From NCBI GenBank assembly GCA_963811165.1, contig CAWEQH010000010.1:224001-288000 (forward strand): a DNA stretch of 64,000 nt, read 5' to 3'. The position numbers and the translations under genes are program-made. Under the pieces are notes generated by a model. That model had not been told where the DNA came from. It saw only the letters and a list, made by a program, of their open reading frames with translations, and ran no database searches. Of this stretch, positions 60,036 through 64,000 are shown piece by piece. Each line of letters opens with the position of its first letter. Within the stretch, counting starts at the first letter, position 1. The DNA is from an uncultured Nitrospiraceae bacterium (GTDB taxonomy: Bacteria > Nitrospirota > Thermodesulfovibrionia > Thermodesulfovibrionales > UBA6898).

Positions 60036-60293
60036 ATGGATATGCACGCTCCATTCTTTTTTTTTGAGGTGACTACCTTTTTTCTGACATGAATGATTCG
60101 CCGGATCGCGACGCCGGAGAGTGAATTACCCGTATGAGTCAAACAGCCGTTTACTGTCGCTTGCAGGACAGGGCTCAACCTTATTTTTTTGCGTCGTTAA
60201 TTTGCATTAAGAGATGTGAATGCCTAAAATATTACAGCTAACGCAGGACATGATTTTTCATGGCCATACAATTACTTTCAGAAAGGAGTTCTC

Positions 60294-60998
60294 ATGAAAC
60301 GGTTATTGGCAGTTGTTGCAGCAGGCACGCTTTTTTTGGCGGTGCAGGTGTATGGGGAGGAGATTTCGTTGAAGGACAAGAAAGACAAGGTGAGTTACGC
60401 CATCGGGTTGGATGTCGGCAACGCGATGAAAAAACAGTCCATCGATCTCAACACCGATATTTTTGTGAAGGGGTTAAAAGACGCTTTATCGGGTGAAAAA
60501 AAGTTGATGACGGACGATGAAATACGCGAAACCATGACCGCCTTTTCGCATGAGATGGCGGAGAAGCAGAAGGAGAAGATGCAAAAAGTCGGCGAAAAAA
60601 ACAAGGAAGAAGGTGATGCGTTCCTGGCCGATAACAAGAAAAAAGAGGGCGTAAAGACACTGCCGAGCGGTCTTCAGTATAAGGTGATCGAGGAAGGCAA
60701 GGGTAAGACGCCGAAGGCGGGCGATACCGTGACCGTTAATTACCGCGGGACACTTATCGACGGGACCGAGTTCGACAGTTCTTACAAACGCGGCCAGCCG
60801 GCAACATTTCCGGTGAGCGGGGTGATCAAAGGATGGACCGAGGCCCTGCAGTTGATGAAGGAGGGGGCGAAGTGGCAGCTCTTCATCCCTTCTGATCTTG
60901 CTTACGGCGACAAAGGTGCAGGAGGCATGATCGGACCGAATGCGGTCCTTATTTTTGATGTTGAACTGATCTCGGTCAAGGAAGCTCAGGCGAAATAG
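60294..60998 (+). CDS. FKBP-type peptidyl-prolyl isomerase (FkpA/Mip-like)
   Basis: Signal peptide, KVSYAIG, LPSGLQY, VNYRGTL.DG.EFDSS, VIKGWTEAL, IPSDLAYG. Confidence 0.96.
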   Translation: MKRLLAVVAAGTLFLAVQVYGEEISLKDKKDKVSYAIGLDVGNAMKKQSIDLNTDIFVKGLKDALSGEKKLMTDDEIRETMTAFSHEMAEKQKEKMQKVGEKNKEEGDAFLADNKKKEGVKTLPSGLQYKVIEEGKGKTPKAGDTVTVNYRGTLIDGTEFDSSYKRGQPATFPVSGVIKGWTEALQLMKEGAKWQLFIPSDLAYGDKGAGGMIGPNAVLIFDVELISVKEAQAK

Positions 60999-61002
60999 AC
61001 AA

Positions 61003-61048
61003 AAAAGAGAAAGGCCGGCTTTTTGATCATAGCCGGCCTTTCTCTTTT
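61003..61048. terminator. Bidirectional intrinsic terminator
   Basis: Perfect 18-bp IR AAAAGAGAAAGGCCGGCT / AGCCGGCCTTTCTCTTTT between convergent genes. Confidence 0.9.
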
Positions 61049-61069
61049 AACCGCGATGCTCGTGCCCGC

Positions 61070-61759
61070 TTATTTTTTCAGGCTCGCTTTTTCCATAATC
61101 ACTTTGTATTTATAATTACTCCCGAAGTCTTTGTCTTTTGCGATGGTGCCGGTGGCGGTAATGATGGTCCCGACCTCTGCGTTTTCTCCGGTCGTGACGA
61201 CCAGGTCATGGCTGCCTTTTTTCGGGTCTCCGCTGCCGTCCTGAAGGTGTATCCAGGTCATATTCATTATCCCCGTCGAGACCTTCACCACCTTTCCCCT
61301 TACGGAGACCGTCTTTTTATCGAGGCTTTCTATGTTTTTGTATATCTCCTCAACAGTATAGGCGTTCGGTCCCGATGCCTTTTCGACCTTGATCTTTTCA
61401 GGAGGTGCGACGATCGCCCCTTTGCTGGGGGCGCTGGCAGCAGCATCGTGGGAAGACTCGCCCGATGCGACCCCGGCGGAAAAGATGATCTTGTCGAACG
61501 TACGGTTCAGTGTCTTACTCTGAAAATTAGCCATTTCAGCCCCGGGCTGAAACGTTACCGTCTGCCCTTTCGCTATTTTTGTCTGGGGGACGGCGACCCA
61601 TATTTTTTTATCGCCTTTTTCGATGAGGGCATAGGTGTAGCCACCACTGCTCATTGTCTCCACAACCTTGCCCGACAGTTCGTCAGAGGCAAAGGCGCCC
61701 GTCACAAATACCGCCAGAAGCGCTGCTATCACCCCTGCTGACGCTAAAAGCTTTTTCAT
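61070..61759 (-). CDS. Exported double OB-fold protein (NrfJ-like)
   Basis: Signal peptide, GKVVETM..GGYTY, W.AVP, SKTLNRTFD.I.F, GKVVK...IM...WIHLQDGSG. Confidence 0.75.
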   Translation of the reverse strand: MKKLLASAGVIAALLAVFVTGAFASDELSGKVVETMSSGGYTYALIEKGDKKIWVAVPQTKIAKGQTVTFQPGAEMANFQSKTLNRTFDKIIFSAGVASGESSHDAAASAPSKGAIVAPPEKIKVEKASGPNAYTVEEIYKNIESLDKKTVSVRGKVVKVSTGIMNMTWIHLQDGSGDPKKGSHDLVVTTGENAEVGTIITATGTIAKDKDFGSNYKYKVIMEKASLKK

Positions 61760-61886
61760 GTATACTCCTTTCGATAATGATGATCTCCGCGGGCATCAGA
61801 TGCCTCAATTCGGTATACAGATATTATAAAGAAGTCGACTCTTTTTTTTCCTCAATTCCGATAAGCAGGTTATAATAATCGGTAGA

Positions 61887-63071
61887 ATGAGGAGGAAAAG
61901 CAAAATAGTGGTCACTTGTCCGAAAGGACTGTCGCCTTTTCTTGCATCTGAGGTTCTTTCACTGGGGTTGCCGGTTGCCGCCGAGACGGTCGCGGGAGTA
62001 ACGACGGAAGGGACCATGGAAGATGTCTTGAGGCTTAACCTGTTCCTGCGGACCGGTCATCGTGTGCTTTACCATCTGGCGGATTTCGTCGTGGCAGGCC
62101 CGGGGGACCTTTACGACAAGATGTCGGGCATACGTTGGGAAGATTATGTCCCGGAGGACGGTTATCTGTGCGTATCGTCGAGTGTGGACCATGAGAGCGT
62201 CAGGGATTCGCGCTATGCCAATATGAAATGCAAAGACGCAATAGTCGATCGGATTAGGGCAAAGAAGGGCCGTCGCCCCGACTCAGGACCCTCAAAAGAA
62301 GGGGTGGTAGTTTTTTTTCATTGGAAAGGGGACAGGTGTGCGGTGTATCTGGATACCTCGGGTGAGTCGCTCTCAAAAAGGGGATACAGAAAAACTCCGT
62401 TGAAAGCCCCTCTTCAGGAAACCCTTGCCGCCGCACTTATAATGTCCACAGGTTGGGACGGAAACGCCCATTTCATAAACCCCATGTGCGGCAGCGGTAC
62501 GCTTGCAATCGAGGCCGCCCTTATAGGACTGAAAAAAGCACCCGGATTAATCAGGGACAATTTCTCCTTCATGCACCTTAAAGGGTTCGATGCAAACGTA
62601 TGGAAGCGGCTCAAAGAAGACGCCGAGAGCGAATCGAATAAGGAGTTAGGGGGCAGGATCATCGCAACAGACTTAAATCCCGAGGCTGTTACCGCTGCGA
62701 AAAGGAACGCTGCGAATGCGGGCGTTGCCGACTTGATCGAATTCAAGGCCTGCGATTTCGCAGAGACTGAGGTCCCAATCGGTGGCGGGGTCGTACTCCT
62801 TAATCCGGAATACGGCGAGAGGATGGGTGAAGAACGCACCCTCTTGGACTTGTACAAGAGGATAGGAGATTTTTTTAAGCAAAGGTGCAAGGGATACTCC
62901 GGATATGTATTTACAGGCAATCCTTCCCTGGCAAAAATGGTCGGATTAAGGGCCAAACGAAGGCTGCAGTTTTTCAACACTACGATAGAATGCAGATTGC
63001 TCGAATACGAGCTCTACGAAGGAAGCAAAAAGAGAAGGAGCGAAAACGATGCAGGAAGCAAACCGAAATAG
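61887..63071 (+). CDS. THUMP-domain SAM-dependent RNA methyltransferase (RlmL-like)
   Basis: KDAIVD, DTSG.SL.KRGY, APLQETLAAA, PMCGSGT.AIEAA, NPEYGER. Confidence 0.93.
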   Translation: MRRKSKIVVTCPKGLSPFLASEVLSLGLPVAAETVAGVTTEGTMEDVLRLNLFLRTGHRVLYHLADFVVAGPGDLYDKMSGIRWEDYVPEDGYLCVSSSVDHESVRDSRYANMKCKDAIVDRIRAKKGRRPDSGPSKEGVVVFFHWKGDRCAVYLDTSGESLSKRGYRKTPLKAPLQETLAAALIMSTGWDGNAHFINPMCGSGTLAIEAALIGLKKAPGLIRDNFSFMHLKGFDANVWKRLKEDAESESNKELGGRIIATDLNPEAVTAAKRNAANAGVADLIEFKACDFAETEVPIGGGVVLLNPEYGERMGEERTLLDLYKRIGDFFKQRCKGYSGYVFTGNPSLAKMVGLRAKRRLQFFNTTIECRLLEYELYEGSKKRRSENDAGSKPK

Positions 63072-64000
63072 CAGTCTGAAGTGGGACCTTGCCAGGCTTT
63101 TCAGGGCCGACGATGATCCGCGAATCGAAGAAGTAATCCGTAATGTCGAGAGAGAAAGCTATCGCTTTATCCGCAAATGGAGGCCGCGCAGGGATTATCT
63201 GTCTGATCCTGCGGTCCTTCGGGACGCCCTGAAGGAGTACGAGCTCTGGAAGAGACGCTTTGGTACCGACGGGGATGCGGGATACTACTTCTGGCTCAGA
63301 ACCGAGCAGGACCAAAACGACCCGGACCTCAAGGCCAGATTCAACAAGATTGAAGAGTTCGGCAGGAAGATAGAAAACGACATACAGTTTTTTTATTTGA
63401 GGTTGGCTAAAATTTCCCGAAAGAAGCGTAACAACTTCCTCCGCTATAAAGGACTGCTCGACTACAGGCATTTTCTTGAGAAGATCTGGGCCGAATCGAA
63501 ATATCTGCTCAGCGAGCCTGAAGAGAAGATACTAAACCTCAAAATGTCGACTTCCTATTCCAACTGGATAAAGATGACGTTCGGGCTCCTGGCAAAAGAA
63601 GAGCGCAGGGTCAGACTGGAAGAAGGCGCTTGGGGCGTTCGGCCTTTTTCCGAGATAACCGGCCTGATAAACAGTAATGACAGGAAGACAAGAGACTCTG
63701 CAGCAAGGGCCTTTAACGACATCCTGGCCGGCAACATTGAGGTGGCTGAAGCGGAAATAAACTCGGTCCTTTCGCATAAAAAAACCGAGGACGAACTCCG
63801 TGCATTTCCGAGACCCGACCTGTCGAGGCATGTCGCAGACGACATAGACAGTCATGTCGTCGATTCACTGATCGCGTCGGTCTCGAAGAGGTTCGATATC
63901 CCCTCACGGTTTTACGGGCTAAAGGCCCGCTTGATGGGTGTAAAAAAACTCAGGTATCATGAACGAAATATCGTCTATGGGAACATCAGGACGAAATACT
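63049..64000 (+). CDS. pepF: Oligoendopeptidase F (M3B family), 5' part, runs off window (absent from ORF track)
   Basis: AAGGAG RBS, ATG 63049, MQEANRNSSLKWDL..., YRHFLE....KYLLSEPEEKIL, FYGLKA.LMG..KL. Confidence 0.85.
   Translation, partial: MQEANRNSSLKWDLARLFRADDDPRIEEVIRNVERESYRFIRKWRPRRDYLSDPAVLRDALKEYELWKRRFGTDGDAGYYFWLRTEQDQNDPDLKARFNKIEEFGRKIENDIQFFYLRLAKISRKKRNNFLRYKGLLDYRHFLEKIWAESKYLLSEPEEKILNLKMSTSYSNWIKMTFGLLAKEERRVRLEEGAWGVRPFSEITGLINSNDRKTRDSAARAFNDILAGNIEVAEAEINSVLSHKKTEDELRAFPRPDLSRHVADDIDSHVVDSLIASVSKRFDIPSRFYGLKARLMGVKKLRYHERNIVYGNIRTKY

Overview
A 64 kb stretch of bacterial chromosome (roughly 50% GC by eye). Gene style suggests an anaerobic Nitrospirota/Thermodesulfovibrionia- or Deltaproteobacteria-like organism (inference only). 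It runs from the 3' end of dnaB to the 5' half of an oligoendopeptidase F gene. Main blocks: (1) an IS110-family recombinase with a long structured 3' non-coding region (candidate bridge/seek RNA), interrupted by an IS1202-family element with a 16-bp target duplication (~3.8-6.9 kb); (2) a 15 kb acetate-utilisation locus: DEDDh exonuclease, two cNMP-CBS-DUF294 nucleotidyltransferases, an SLC5/STAC sensor kinase, a sigma54 activator with a visible sigma54 promoter and upstream activator sites, an OFA-type MFS, acs, an AcuC-like deacetylase and an AcuB-like CBS protein; (3) housekeeping genes hypC, dcd, pyrF, trpE/pabB-like, addAB-like, cfa, prc; (4) a TetR-controlled composite efflux operon (MacAB-like, TolC, EmrA, TrmJ-like, EmrB); (5) csp, htpG, maf, HI0933; (6) an M56-like protease, a 13-heme cytochrome c plus cytochrome b, and a CxxCH-containing sensor kinase with a NarL/LuxR regulator; (7) a His-less PAS kinase, FKBP, an OB-fold protein, a THUMP methyltransferase and pepF. 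Many genes carry single-base frameshifts that look like assembly indel errors. Several genes show a -10 box exactly 6 nt before the start codon (leaderless pattern). No rRNA, tRNA or CRISPR array was seen.
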